In this document: positions 1 to 13,427 of the stretch, piece after piece
Layout: each line of letters opens with the position of its first letter
Position numbering within the stretch: the stretch's first letter is position 1
Assembly: GCF_003704095.1 (NCBI RefSeq)
Contig: NW_020846063.1
Span: forward strand, 1-64,000
Direction: 5' to 3'
Length of the DNA: 64,000 nt
DNA from: Pocillopora damicornis
Lineage: Eukaryota
Made by a program: the position numbers and the translations under genes
The notes under the pieces: model-generated
The model's database searches: none
What the model was told of the DNA's origin: nothing
Seen by the model: the letters and a program-made list of their open reading frames with translations, nothing else

Positions 1-1498
1 TCATTTGTAGAACTCTCCTTTGTAGTCTCCAGAGGACCTGTGTGAACAACTGGATGGATCGCAGCGATTGCAATGAAGTGATAACATTAGTTTTTAAAGA
101 AACTGTTGAACTACGTCGGCAGACATTTAAAACAACATCTTAGTTTTCAACTATTATGTAGCTGATAAAGATAAATCACAAGAGTTGATGTTTTGGGCGT
201 TAGTCCCTCGTAAGAGCAAATTGGGAAATTGTGAGTTGTGTTTTTGTCATACAATGGAGAATGGAATTATCCTATTACAGTAAAAAAAGTATAGAGTTTT
301 TCTCCGTACAAGAAGACTTTCCCTACCACCGGAGTTCGTATCTAACGTTGATATAGTATGAAACGATGGGTATACACTGTAGGCTGGAATGGCAAGAAAG
401 CTCTCTACACCTATCAGCAAAAGGGCGATTACTACGTTAAAAAAGTTGGAAGTACATAACCTTTCTGCTTTTATCAAAAATTTGCCGGAGTCTATTTACT
501 TGTTGTACCTTTACATACAGCGGCAACTCTGTGAGGTTCGCTACAATTAGAAATCATTCTTTGAAGAGTGCCACAAGTTGTGTTGCCATATCGGTGAGTC
601 TGGATCATATCGCAGTTTGCGTTATTCTCAGCTGACTCAAAGCCTTGGATCTGGCAAAGTCTATCAACAATGCCTACTGGATGGCAAACGGGCGTCCAAG
701 TGTTGTTCACATACCCATCAAGCTTCAGTTTAGCGGCAAAAGAAAGATTATGGGAAAGCCGCACTCTATAAGCTACGATAAGACGGCAAAAATTAAAAGG
801 AAACATCGTCAATTTACAACCGTCACTTCGAAGTCAATGTCAATAACAGCGATGGACAATATACACAATGAAAATTAACCTCTTACAAGAACTGTACGGC
901 ACTCTGCATACAAACAAGAACTGATTAACGAAACGAAACACATTGATTTTATACAGTCACGCTTTACACGGAATAGAATAAGCCAATGAAAAAAAAACGA
1001 AATAGGCAATGCATGATTACGCAACTAGCACAAAGATGTGAAACGAATCGGACGCTAAACATGCATAAAGCAAGAGAAAACTTATTCGAGAAAACAAACC
1101 CGAAAAAAAATATTCACACTTACAAAGTGGAACAAAAACGAACTTATAACCGTCGCTTGTGGCTACGGGTTATTTTTGTTTGTTTGTTTTAGTTTTCGAC
1201 TGGCTTTATTTTTGTTGTTGTTGTTACTCTTTTTCTACTTCTTCCTTTTCTTGTGAAGTTTTTTTTGTCTGAAATGTTAACCTGAACGTGTACACAATAT
1301 ACAGGTACAATATATATATAAAGTCATCAATAGAGCAGCTGTACATTATACCTGAACAGTTTTCATGTGTTGAACACTCCCTAATCTCTATATTTTGGTC
1401 ACCAACGCAACCCTTCGAACAACTCCTTGCCTGAAATTTAACACTGCACCGACCAAAGCAGGGACTCCAATCTGACCATTGCATTAAAGCAGACCCTT
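1..1498 (-). CDS. Partial multi-exon gene for an extracellular protein with TSP1 and SRCR-like domains (continues past window start; 5' exons not resolved)
   Basis: AG/GT-bounded exon 1352-1498 encodes a TSP type-1 repeat (WSDWSPCFGRCSVKFQARSCSKGC...RECSTHENC). Exon 509-765 is SRCR-like (VRL...NNTWTPVC...LCQIQGF...AAVC). Possible further small exons at ~327-410 and 1-37. Confidence 0.65.
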
Positions 1499-3926
1499 CT
1501 GAAAAAAATGATTTTGATAAGGGTCGATACAAATCTGGGACAAATCTGGAACAACTTTCAACTATGACACGCTAAGAGAAAAATTTGTGATTTCCCCACC
1601 TTCTCCCCCCCCTTCCACCCACACTCACACACCACACCCATCCACTTTGTTGTCTCCTGTATACAAGCGAAGAAAAACCATCAAACAAACAAATATGTTA
1701 ACCTCTCCATTATTTTTTTCAGATACAGAGGATATCATGATATGGAGAAAATATCAATAAAAGCTATTGATTTACAGATGACCTTCCTTGTTATCGTTGT
1801 CAACCTTCTGGTCTACATACTATATTATGAGTGATTTCCTATCTAATCATAACCATTACAAATTCCTCAAATATTATTGGTGCACTCGCAGCTTTATTTT
1901 TCACAAATCGTTCTGTACAGTTGTTATCGGACAGTGTAATCGGACAATTGGCTGTGTATTTGTAGGTGTATTTGATTTTTCGGAAATTGAAATAGTTATG
2001 ATTAACTGGTAACAGGACTTCTTTTCGTTCAATTCAGGCTGTAATCACATTCACAAGGACCACATCTCGGCTAGTTCAACCGCAATTTGTAAATTTAATG
2101 CTCACGATCAACTGAAAGACTGCAACCCATAATGTTGCGGTCCATGTAAATTTTTATAGGGTTCAAGAATTTACTTTCCATTTCCCAATGAGGTTCAGTT
2201 TTACAATGAAAGGATTTCTTCTTTAAAGTTTGGCCATAATTACAAGGGTCAGATAAATTTAGAAGGAGTTGATGTCACTTTACCTTCGTGTTTTTCGAGC
2301 CTTTGCAAACCCCCTCTTAATTTTATTTAAACAATGTTTGTCATGACTTGAGGCAATCAAATGGACTGAAAGGTGGTAGAAATTAATATGGGCGGTTCAT
2401 GTCTTATCTAATAATTAAAATAGAACAAACGCAAATCTAAAAAGGCAAAAGCAATACAATTTCAAGCTCATGGCAGAATCTAAAGCATTGTCCTACGAAT
2501 GAATAGTTGAAGTTATTTGAAGGATTTTGAAAATATAACAAAAGTGGGACGAAAACTTGCCTCATAACAGAATTATATATTTTAGGACAGACGACAATTA
2601 GTTATTTCCCTGACTTGAAAGGAAACTCGCATCTTTTATGAAACAAAACTGAACCTATTGTCCAAACAATGTGCGTTCATAAGTTCCTGATGCATGATGC
2701 CAATTTCGGTGATCTCGACTAGAATGGATTAGATATCACCTGCTCACGACTGAAGTGATGATTCGTGCTATAATACAAGGATGAACGACCATAAAAAACG
2801 GAGCTGCAGTCTGTGCAAAGCTTAAACTGGAGCCAATATTCTCAAAAAAAAATATGAACGATTTTTTTAGAAAAATCACGATCTCAGAATAATAGAAAAT
2901 GTTTAAAGTAAAAGAAAAACGCACAACGTAAAGATAGGAAAAAATTATATTACCTTGGAGTGATTTTTCCTTAAAGAATCCAAATAAATAAATCCATACA
3001 CAAATGGAAAAGCACCGAGGCATTTTATCTGACTTTCACCATTCCACTGCTTTTCCAATATCAATAGAAATATAACTGTACTTTTAATATATTTTCAACA
3101 CTGATAAACCTTGACGGCGCTTTTGTTTTCAAACTGAATGAAAATTTAATTAGTACAGCGGATAACAATGCGCAGAACTCAGTCATTCTGTACACAGACA
3201 AAACTCACCTAAAAAATTTTATTCCGTAATGTAAACACATTTCCGCTTGAGAATCAATTACCTTCAGCTTAAGACAAACTCTTTCTACGGTATACAGTGT
3301 ATTACGATTAAAAATTTGATGTAATGGATACCTCATTAAACTTCTTAGAATAACACCCATCAACCACATCCATCTGTTTCATATAAACTTATTTTGTGTC
3401 TGCGATGTATGCCTAAAATGGAAATTAGATAGTTCTTTCTTTATTGTTCTACAATTAATTATTTCCTTCTAAATAAACTTTAAAAAATGAACAATTTCTT
3501 TGAACTGTATGCTTAAAGTGCCTTACTGCACGTTATTTCTGCTAAAAATACTTTTTGCATTTGTCAACCAACGACGTGGAAATAACTCAGTTCCCTTCGT
3601 AAAGGCACAATTAACAAAATACGGTTGATGAGTTAATGCAAACTTCAATAAAATCCTCAATTTTATGATGGTTATTAGCTGCAAAGTCTCTTCAATTACT
3701 CGACACCAGCAGAGAGAATGAAGAATTGAAAGCCCCTATGTTTATACGTATACAAAGAAAAGAATAATGCATTTATTTTACCTTATATTGGGATTTCGAC
3801 TTCAACTTCCGTTGCAAAAGGTAACATTTGATGACTCATCTTAATTGAAGTTGTGAACGAACTCAAACAGAAGAACAATCCTCTTAAATTTCTTTAATTA
3901 ATTTTTCAGACGCGAATAAAAAAAAC

Positions 3927-4145
3927 TAGTCCATTTTACATTTGTGTGCTTAATTGCCGAGCCTTTGAACAGGAATGACGCTAAGGGTGACCTTGTTATG
4001 GTAGAAACGTTGCTGCTTTTCAAATGCAAATTAGTTTGTTATCATGCTAGCTAGATACTGGTCTCTATTACAACAAGGTCACCTTCAGCCTCACGCCAAA
4101 TTAAAGGCTTGACAATTAAGTACAAAACTGTAATATAGCCCATTA
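3927..4145. mobile_element. MITE-like element with ~80-bp imperfect terminal inverted repeats
   Basis: Left arm ccattttacatttgtgtgcttaattgccgagcctttg...ggtgaccttgtt is the approximate reverse complement of right arm aacaaggtcacc...aaaggcttgacaattaagtacaaaactgtaatatagcc. Confidence 0.7.
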
Positions 4146-5636
4146 GTTCCCACTGCTTGTGCAACAACAACAACAAACAACTGACAAAGAAATCCCTGGG
4201 AGGTCTATCTCGTCGTACACTGTAACACCTGTCACTCTGTCATAACACTTGTCGCACTTTTTAATTAAAAAAAATTATAATTAAAAACTTCGCGTAATAA
4301 TAAATCATCTCACTTTATAAAATTTTGATATAGATGGTCAGAGGGTAGATAGACCTTATGATAACTACCACCCTTATCGGTAGTAATAATAATTGTAATA
4401 ATAATGATAATAGTGATGATATTGATAATTATAATCCATCAAATATATTTGCTCTGCGCGATTGGTCTAAACGCATCACGTGTCCGAATACCCCCCCCAA
4501 CTAAAACTGGTTGATATACGAAAACATCACCCAAGCGATAATTCCCCAACTTTATAAAACCTGACGTCTACTACGAGAAGTCTTGAGAGAGGGTTTTGTG
4601 GAAGGGAAGTCTTACCCCTAGCCACAAAAACCATAACCCCATTGAGACCCTCTATGATATTTTGTGAGCCAAATGTGAATAATTGAAACTTATTGTTGGC
4701 TTTTGTTGACATGATTTTGAGGATCGACAAAAGTCATTATAAGGAAGAATTTCATCATCCTTTCGGGTGGTATGTGCCAAGTTTTTGTTTTTCTGTATCA
4801 GTTAGTGTGATTCAGCAGCTTGCACTGAATTTGATAGGTCATGCTCTCCAGAGCAAATTGACGAGCAGAAATAGACTAAAGGCTCTTACTTGGTGAAGAA
4901 GACACAATAGAAAAGAAAACGAGACAAAAGATCGAGGAAAATAATGTTTTATTGTGACGTGTCCTGTAGCTTCTACACCAATAACAAGGAGCCAAAAACA
5001 AAAAACAAAAAGCAAAACAAGCCAGATTACTCTGAAAGCAAAATTGAATATTTGATTTCTGATTTTCAATTTGCCCGAGCAGCTTTTTTTTTTTATTATT
5101 GTTTATGCATTAGGTTCTTCCGTGTTTATGCTCTAAATATAACTCATGGTGTTTCTAACGCCAACGCAAAGAACCTTTTGATCCAGCTGAGCTTTAAACG
5201 TGCAAATTCTCAGTTGTGTATGAATTCGTGATTTTTAATGAATTAAATAAAGGATCCAAATACTAGTAAATTTAGGAACTTTTATTTATCTTGGTCATTC
5301 TTGTGGGCAGTATGAAATATATGAAATGAGAATTTTGACAAGCTATTTAATCTGATAGAGGACATGCTGAGAGAGTTTTCCGGGATAAAAAATGCGTTTC
5401 GATCGCCTTATGTAATCACAACCCTAAACCCTAAAAGTATAACTTTTATAGGAATCATCATCCCTGGAATTCTTTTATATTCACTTTTTTCCTGATGCAA
5501 AACCGACTGTTTTTTTCTTTTACTGTCTTAAATCTCCGTTTACAGTCTTAGCCAACTAACCTAAACATCGTCGGAAACAAGAAACACAAGCTAATAAAGC
5601 CACGACTGTTGATATATCTCCTGCTAATCTGTCACG

Positions 5637-8315
5637 CTATATACTAACAGAAGCAAACTCTAAATCCAACTGTTCTTGATGACCTATGGCGTCGGGTTTT
5701 GATGGAGAAACAGTTGTTATTTTTCCTCTAAGGAAGTTACTAAAAGAGAAAACTGATACTTGTGAACTTACTGCCTGGTGAGTATTTTGTTCAGGTTTTA
5801 GTATGATCACGTAAATCTTTGGGACAAACATGCAGGTTAATATTCCATAGGAACTTAGAAGACTCATCGCGCATTTCAAGTTTGTTGCATATGAGCCATA
5901 ACGACCGATGTTAATGGGAAGATATCCTACAGACGACAGCAGCAAAATGTACATGGAAAATCCAATATATCTTGCCTCGTTAAAGTTTTCAGGTAATGAT
6001 CTTGCTTTAAAAGCGTAAAATGTACAAACAACCGCGAGAAACGAAGTGTACACTGATATAACAATTTGCAATGCCATCCCAGTCGATGATTGGTGTAAAG
6101 AACACGAGAGAAGATACATACCTTCAACTGACTGAAAGATTCGTCTCTGATGTGGTGAATCTAAAGCAATCCATAAGGTTAAGAAAAGAACTTGCGGTAA
6201 GATAAATAGCAGAACGAGAAGTGATTGGCTCTTCGTAGATAAGATAAACTCTTTGAACCTCTTCGCGATAACGTTTATTTGGAACACACTTAGTATCTTC
6301 ATAGTTTTAATTACTAATATGGAGATAAAAGTTACAAGTACCATGGAACGTAGACCATTCACCACACTGCACATAAAGCTGGTAGGCTTAGCGAGAGATA
6401 AAATGGACACACAAAAAGACGTTGTGATGGTGGACATAAGAATTACACTTAGTTCACGGTTTGAAGCTTTCACCAGCGGTGTCATTCTAAATTTATAAAG
6501 GATGAAACTGCAAATGGCAACGAGAAGGAATCCAATTACTGCGAACACTATGACCAGGACAGATGCAAGACTTGACCATTTTATCTCAATTTCCGGGAGA
6601 TCCAAGCATTCTGATCGACTATCATCGGGCGATTGTCCTTGGGGACATTCCGTACAATTCATATCATTTATACGACTACTTATAGTTCCAGTCGGGCATT
6701 TGAGACATTCCCAGCAACATGGGGTAGTGACTGACCTAAAAGTGCCCTTAGGACAATCTTCGTGACAGAAAGACTTTGGAACAAACGTTTGGTTACTGAT
6801 TGTATTCCACCTGATACTACCGATGTTTAACTCTAGCTTTTTCTTGCGATTTTTTTCCCATGAACCGATAACCAGTTTTACTGGATCGTGGCTATCTAAT
6901 GTGTCATTTGTTTTAAAATGGACGATGTCATAAGAAGACTCCAAAGGATCTCCGAACTTGTCAAAGCGGACCTGTCCCGTCATTCCCGTAAAGTTAACGA
7001 CACGAAGATAATCCTCTACATATTTCGGGTTCAGCATAGGGAACAAATCGCTACCTGGTGTCTGAGACTTTTCACAACCCAGCCTTGAACAGTTATTCAT
7101 GACATGAAGAGCGTAAGCAATAGCATAAACAGCATCCACAACATAGGGAATGTAAGTGTCGTATATTGTGCGAAGTACTATCTCTTTACAATATTTTTGT
7201 TCACTTAGTACTGGTAGGGAAAAGCAGCGTCTACTCTCCTCGCTCTTCCAAAATTCTTGCCACCAAGGAACTTGTTCACTTTCTATTAATCTGGACGATT
7301 CTTTGATTAAGAAATCTTTGAAATCTTTGTCATCTAACATACGGGGCTGTAAGCCCAGTGAGCCGTGAAGAATTTGTTGATCCGTCGTTTTTAACCCGAC
7401 AAATACGTCATCTTCTGTTGCTAGAGCATCACTGAGGATCCAGGTGCGATCCATCAAGTTCTGTTCTACAGCTTCCTTAAGAAATCGTCGTCCGTAGCCA
7501 CCAAATAGCCATAAAACCACAACACGAATATTGGGATAGCTTTTGAGCTTGCTGACAGCCCTTTTCAGCTTAGCAATGTACTCTTGCCGGGGAATGTATT
7601 CGGCAAAGGACAAACAAAACGTCTTTCTGGCTTCGGCTTCAGACTCCAGCTTCCATACTCCATTTCGACCGTAAGAATCGTCCATTGCCACAGCAGCTAC
7701 ATAGCTCCAGTTAAAGTGTTGTATGAGGTCAGCCATTGCACTTGCCTGTTGTCCATCGGGGGGGGCAGTTCGAAAGAAGTGACGGTATTGCGGTGAGCTT
7801 AACTCGTTGCTTGTTGCCGAGTGGCTAATGACTGGAACTCCACCCACTCGCAGCAGGCTTGCCACAAGAACAGCACTTCCAGAATCTGTCGGGCCAACGA
7901 CTGCTGTTATTGGCTTTTCCTGGCTCTGCGTCATGTTGTTCTCGTCCGTCTGTTTACAACTAGCGTTTTGGGCTTCTGCAATTATTTCGTTTTTCCGTAT
8001 AAAGTCATAAGTGTGTTCCATTGCCTTTGCAGCACTTTCACAGTAGTCCCGGATGTCGTACCCTAACGTAATGTTTGGAAGCAGATATGGATCATTGTTT
8101 ATTTTGTGGATGGCAAATATCATTGCCTCTACATGTCCGAGTCCTATTGGGAAGAATTCGCCACACTGACCGTCTTCAGTTGTGTAATGCAGCAGAAAGA
8201 GACCACCAAGTGTGACATCACCAGGCTGATGATAACGATCATTTCCTGTTACTTCTGGAATTGCCAGGACACGGAGGGAAATAATGGTAACGAAGAAGAG
8301 CAAGCAAGCATTCAT
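5637..8315 (-). CDS. Class C GPCR, extracellular calcium-sensing receptor-like (Venus flytrap + nine-cysteine domain + 7TM), single coding exon, 892 aa
   Basis: ATG at 8315 (MNACLLFF signal peptide). Motifs: GDVTLGGLF, AMIFAIHKINNDPYLLPNITLGYDIRDYC, VVGPTDS, FFRTAPPD, NWSYV, DDSYGR, CCWECLKC cysteine-rich domain, TPLVKASNRELS, KARSLPENFNEARYIGFSM, FVPKIYVIILKPEQN. Confidence 0.95.
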   Translation of the reverse strand: MNACLLFFVTIISLRVLAIPEVTGNDRYHQPGDVTLGGLFLLHYTTEDGQCGEFFPIGLGHVEAMIFAIHKINNDPYLLPNITLGYDIRDYCESAAKAMEHTYDFIRKNEIIAEAQNASCKQTDENNMTQSQEKPITAVVGPTDSGSAVLVASLLRVGGVPVISHSATSNELSSPQYRHFFRTAPPDGQQASAMADLIQHFNWSYVAAVAMDDSYGRNGVWKLESEAEARKTFCLSFAEYIPRQEYIAKLKRAVSKLKSYPNIRVVVLWLFGGYGRRFLKEAVEQNLMDRTWILSDALATEDDVFVGLKTTDQQILHGSLGLQPRMLDDKDFKDFLIKESSRLIESEQVPWWQEFWKSEESRRCFSLPVLSEQKYCKEIVLRTIYDTYIPYVVDAVYAIAYALHVMNNCSRLGCEKSQTPGSDLFPMLNPKYVEDYLRVVNFTGMTGQVRFDKFGDPLESSYDIVHFKTNDTLDSHDPVKLVIGSWEKNRKKKLELNIGSIRWNTISNQTFVPKSFCHEDCPKGTFRSVTTPCCWECLKCPTGTISSRINDMNCTECPQGQSPDDSRSECLDLPEIEIKWSSLASVLVIVFAVIGFLLVAICSFILYKFRMTPLVKASNRELSVILMSTITTSFCVSILSLAKPTSFMCSVVNGLRSMVLVTFISILVIKTMKILSVFQINVIAKRFKEFILSTKSQSLLVLLFILPQVLFLTLWIALDSPHQRRIFQSVEGMYLLSCSLHQSSTGMALQIVISVYTSFLAVVCTFYAFKARSLPENFNEARYIGFSMYILLLSSVGYLPINIGRYGSYATNLKCAMSLLSSYGILTCMFVPKIYVIILKPEQNTHQAVSSQVSVFSFSNFLRGKITTVSPSKPDAIGHQEQLDLEFASVSI

Positions 8316-11165
8316 TTCAAACAATCACTGATTGAGTTCCAGGCTTTTCCTGACAGATATAGTTTAAAAATATATATCAATTGCTATACTGGCTGAAAGA
8401 CAATAATAGTAAAATTAAGCCGGCAAAGATATCATAACAGTCCTCTTATAAAATGCTTCCTGATATCATCTATTATCCCGCGTAGGTGAAATTCATTAGG
8501 CGAGCGTCGGGTTAATTAACAATCTAGAAAAAAGATCCTAACTGGTACTGATTTTCAAGTCCACGGGGATAGAGCAAGAAATTTAACCTACGTAACTAAG
8601 GAACATACGTTATATTTAACCTTATCAGTTCTTACTGTTTGTTGCGGGTTGCGGTTTACGACGTTCTGTTGGACTTGTGTGTAATATACTATATACTAAA
8701 ACGTTAAATGAGGAGCGGTTCTGAAACAGGTCACTCTTGCTTAGCTAGTTTTTAATCAATTTTTTACTTTCAGGCTTGCATGTCGAGCTTCTCTTGCCAT
8801 CGACTGTTCCTTTCTCGAATCTTACCGATGTACCAAAGGCCCGAGAAGTTAATTTTCCTGGTGTTTTTGCAGCTTTAAGATGGCTTGATCTAACTATGGT
8901 AACGGTAACCGTGACTTTGGATTACAGTAGAACTAACACATATAGCATAATTTGACGGATTTTTTAGATCCATTTTAGTCGTGAGGACTTTCCAGCTCGT
9001 ATTTTGTCTATCATTTAATCCACAAATTGAAATGAGATCGCAGCATTTGCAAGGAGGTTTAAAACTGTTTGCAGGTGATAACAAGCTTAAATTATTTTGA
9101 GATGCTAATGTAGCTTTTTAACAACCGGTCTTCGTAGTGTATCCTAGCGAATTTGAGCTAGAGAGTATGCAAATACATGTTTTTCGTTTGACATTACACG
9201 TTATTTTCAGTTCAGAATTTTTCATATCAGAACTAAGACATCTCGTAAAAAAGTTATGGTCAAGTTGTCACCTCTTCCCTCCGCTACTCGATCCTTCAAG
9301 TCGATGTAGCTTAGCTACCTGTCAGCGGTTGGTTGAAAGTCTTTGAGTTAAGCTATCATGTTTTCCATCTTCAGCTTGATCTCTGTTTGTTTGTCTCACT
9401 AAATGTTTCAGCTGGTTTCAGCTCGTCGTATCTACTATTTGTCTTTTAACAAAATGAAAAACCTTACTCTGAATGGAAAATAAAACAAAGCGAAAATAAC
9501 TCACTAATATTCACTGATACTCGTGAATAATTCACTAGGAATTAGTTTCCTAGAGTTAATGTAACTCCTTTAATTTTTTTTCGGTGGGCTAAGCTGATGA
9601 AAGTAAAAAGGAACATTAAAATGTTCTCTTCTAGGTTCAGACCTCGGGATATCACTTCTCTTTTTCATAACAGTTATAAGCATTGGCAAATTTTTGCCTA
9701 AATATCAACGTCCAAATTTGATTTTTCTGAAGGATTTTTTGTAGGGACATCCTATTTATTTTCCGGGCCTGTTTAGCTGAGGCTGCTTAAGGATCATTAT
9801 AGAGTGACAACGGACAGTGTCAAGTTTGCCTCTCAAGGGAAAAATCGAAGTAGGTGTCCCTTCTTCCTCGGCACCAGACTATTCGGTCAAACCGAGTTAG
9901 TTAAAAATTAAGGAAAAAGTACATGTGGCATTAGCCACGTTTAACTTCAGCTACAATTTTTTCACGTTGTTTTTTCTCGAGGCATTGTACAATTTTTTGG
10001 GGGTTAATACAATATTTGAAACTGAAGGAAAAAATTAGGGTAGTTCGCACTTACTGTACAAGATGCTCTGCAAATTCACTCAGGATTTTTTTTTCTTGCT
10101 GCGAATTTTTTTCGTCGATGCTTAAAAAAGTCTTGCTGAAGTTTAGCTGAAATTATGATTTTGTAGTGAATCGATGCAAGTCTGGCACAAGTCTGTAACA
10201 ACATGCAATTTCTGTGAAGGCTCCTTGCCTCTCAATTTCATATGCTTCAACTTCGACAGTCGTTTTATTATGAAAAACCAATTTTTCAGTTATATGTAAC
10301 TATTGTTTTCTTAGCAAATGAGATTTTGGCAGAAGGTTCACAGAGTGAATCTTCAGACGTTGTCAAACTCGCCGGTAAGTAAATAAGTGATAAAGATAAT
10401 AACTTTTTTAATTAATTAATTTACTTGCAAAGAAAAGTTTACTTTAGAAAAGAATGGATCTCATCGCTGTAAAAAGCCTCCATTTCGATCGTCTGCCAAC
10501 TGAAGATACTGTGTTTTTTACTTAATTATCTATAAAGCAAAGAGTTTGGTAATCGAACGTTTATTTTAATTTTTTTTTAACCTTACTTTTAAAAAACAGA
10601 TGACATAGTTGTTTTTTTCTTTTCCTGGAGCTGTATATTTGCTTTGAAGGAAAATGCTATATTGTTTTTATTTCCAGCACACGAATATTGGCAATGTGGA
10701 ACTGTATATCACGTTTCAAATACTATCATATAACCGCATTGTGGGGCTTTTGAAAATGATTTGTTTACTCGAACAACTTTCAAATTTTTTTATGCATTTA
10801 AGTTACTGATCATGTAAAAATAATTTATGCGTGACAAAAACTGTGTTGCTACATCCTTGGGGGATAACACGATTAATTTTAGTTTTATCAACTGAGTTGA
10901 TAACGGAAATTTGCACTCTATAGATTTCCGCAGCTGTCGTTTTAATAGAGCGTTAGCCCCTCATTAGAGCATGTTTGGGCCCTGCTCAACATGCGTACTG
11001 GCCAAAGCCCTAATGATCGGAAGTGAGGCAAACGCGAGGTGAAGCTCTATGAAACCTCGCCTACCTCAAAGATGAAAGGGATCCTTTGTGTCGAGTGGGA
11101 GTGGTAACGAAAAGTATTAGTGAATCGCCGTTCATTTTGACCAGCGTTCGTCAGTCGCATCCAAG

Positions 11166-13427
11166 ATGGCGAAGCTTGTTACAAAGGAAGCGTTCGAGTG
11201 CGATCCAGATTTTTGTCCTCGCTGTGGTTCCATCCTTCCTCTTCCTGGTGTATCGGATGTTGTTTCTTGTATTCTTTGCGACTTCAAGAAAGACGCATCT
11301 GGTAATACTTCACAGAGAAGTTTGTTTTTAAAAATTCGATGAGAAGCTGAGGAACTCGATTTCCACCAGTTTCTACTTACAGCGAAATAACTCTTGGTAG
11401 ATGATCACATTCTTTCGAAAGAACTATATTGAAGATTGACAGTTTAGACCGTCGCGACGAAAGTTTATGGTAGCAGTTTTTTCTTTTTTTTTTTTCTTTT
11501 TCATAGATCAGCCAGATTTTTTTACTTTTTGGTTGTTGTTGTTGTTGTTGTTTTTTAATCGTTTAGCTGTTGTTAGGGAACTATTAAATGGGGTTCTATC
11601 AAATAATAGAATACCTATGTAGGTTGCAGTAGTCATAAGGTCTCAACCTCTTTATAAGTTAATCTTTTTCTGGTGGAGCCTCAGCACTCTGTCAGAAACT
11701 GTCTTTATGTGTGCTATAACAAAACTTGTAAATTGGAAATTAAATATCATTGTATAAGTATGCCTCACATTGCCATTGTGCACACAGAAGCACAATCTCA
11801 GGTTTTCAATCCATTTTGCACAGCACTTTCCATCTCCAACACTGGACTAATCATAACAGACACAAAGAGACAAGCAAAGCTATTGTAACCATTATACTTT
11901 TCACTTTATTTTCTATGTTTTACAGAATTTGAGGATATAGAAGTTCACTCACGAAAGGTGTTCAACATTCCAAAAGAGAAAGCAAACGCTTTGAAAGATT
12001 CAGAGGAACCAATAGGGCCTATGGTAAGATAGTGGTTTCTTATCTAGTTAGTAGCTATCATTTTAGCAGTCCTTAATATTTTGATATACTTCTGAAGTTA
12101 CATAAAACTTTGTATTAACTTGTTATATACATAATTACAGTAACCATGAAGTTTACTTAAGGCTTGAAAGCTAATAAGAATCAACTGGCCAATGTTTCTA
12201 GTGTTTCATGAGTTAGATTTCCAAGGTACCCAAGAATATTCAAGTAAAGCAATGATCTTTGCAGATGACCTGCACCTAACCTTTTAACTCCTAGAAGTGA
12301 TCAATATGAAACTTCTCCTGATAATGTCCTTACATTATCCAGCAAACAGCTAATGAGAATGTGTAAACTTATGAGTCAGAAGCTGTTGTCTTGATCTAAC
12401 ACCAAGTTCTCATAACTAAGTCACAAGGATATGTGTAACAGCTAGAGGGGAGAGTTACCAATCAGATCTTGGGAGTTAAAGGGTTAAGCAATCGCAGAGA
12501 AGGAACCTGAATACAAAAAAAATTCAGGCTTTGACAGGATTAGAGTCCATGCCTCCTAGATACTAGCTGGATGCCATTACCAACTGAGCTATGAGGACTT
12601 TTCAGTTTTCAAATTTTCTCCTTAACCCTTTCCACCCTAACATCAGTATTCATATTCTCCATACTGCTCTCTGTACATTTACTAAGGTGCTGACAAGGAG
12701 AATTTGTCTAACAATCAAGAGTTTCCTTAGTTGGTGATCATTTCCTTTATTCTCATGACATTAATGTGTGATTCAGTGGTGATATTGCAAAGAGAAATTA
12801 GATGCCAGCGCTCTTAGGGGTTAAAGGGTTCATTTTGATAAATTCTTTGCAGGCTGACAGAAAATGTTCAAACTGTGGACACGAAGGCATGACATACACC
12901 ACAAGGCAAACTAGATCTGCTGATGAAGGCCAAACAGTGTTCTTTAGCTGTCCACATTGCAAGTAAGAAACTGATGATGTAATGTTGCATTAACGGCCAA
13001 TACAAAGTAGACATTGGAGTTGTGTTTATTTGCCAGGTTGTCTTTAAGATGCTGTTTGTGTTACTTTTTGTTAGTCTGTTTTCTTCAGTCTGTTTTTGGA
13101 CAGGCCAATTTTTTCAGGCTTTAAATGTAGTCAATGTGATTAGCTCCTAGCACATTATGTTGGTGCATAGCCGAACATTGTGAAATTTTTAATTATGTTT
13201 TTTGTTTCAGTCTCGTTTTCCCCTTGGTTTTATTTTAAACTTTATGATCAAGTGGGGTGTATTCCTCAAAGTGATGAAATTAAAAGATGAATCATGTAGT
13301 ACACATAGCTAGAAATTGTGACTGTGATCCATCACATATCAATTTTACATATTTTTATGTTTGGTATTCACTAATAAAGTTTTCTCTTCTTTCTTTCTTC
13401 AGGATTCAGGAAACAGAGTATTCTTAA
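11166..13427 (+). CDS. POLR1H: RNA polymerase I subunit RPA12 (ZNRD1), 4 exons
   Basis: Exons 11166-11301, 11926-12023, 12853-12962, 13403-13427, all GT-AG and in frame. Product [28 protein letters not shown]...CILC...[41 protein letters not shown]: two zinc ribbons and the TFIIS-like [10 protein letters not shown] motif. Confidence 0.95.
12241..12596 (-). mobile_element. tRNA-derived SINE remnant with a TTAA-MITE nested inside it
   Basis: The minus strand starts with tagctcagttggtaatggcatc...ggactctaatcctgtcaaagcctgaatttttt (A-box/B-box-like tRNA head). The body resumes on the other side of MITE 12276-12487. Confidence 0.55.
12276..12487. mobile_element. ~210-bp TTAA-flanked MITE (piggyBac-like ends)
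   Basis: Ends ctaaccttttaactcc ... ggagttaaagggttaa; inverted copy of the element at 16267-16478. Confidence 0.8.
12622..12832. mobile_element. ~210-bp TTAA-flanked MITE
   Basis: ttaacccttt ... ggggttaaagggttca; internal sequence shared with 25759-25970 and, inverted, with 31081-31292. Confidence 0.8.
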
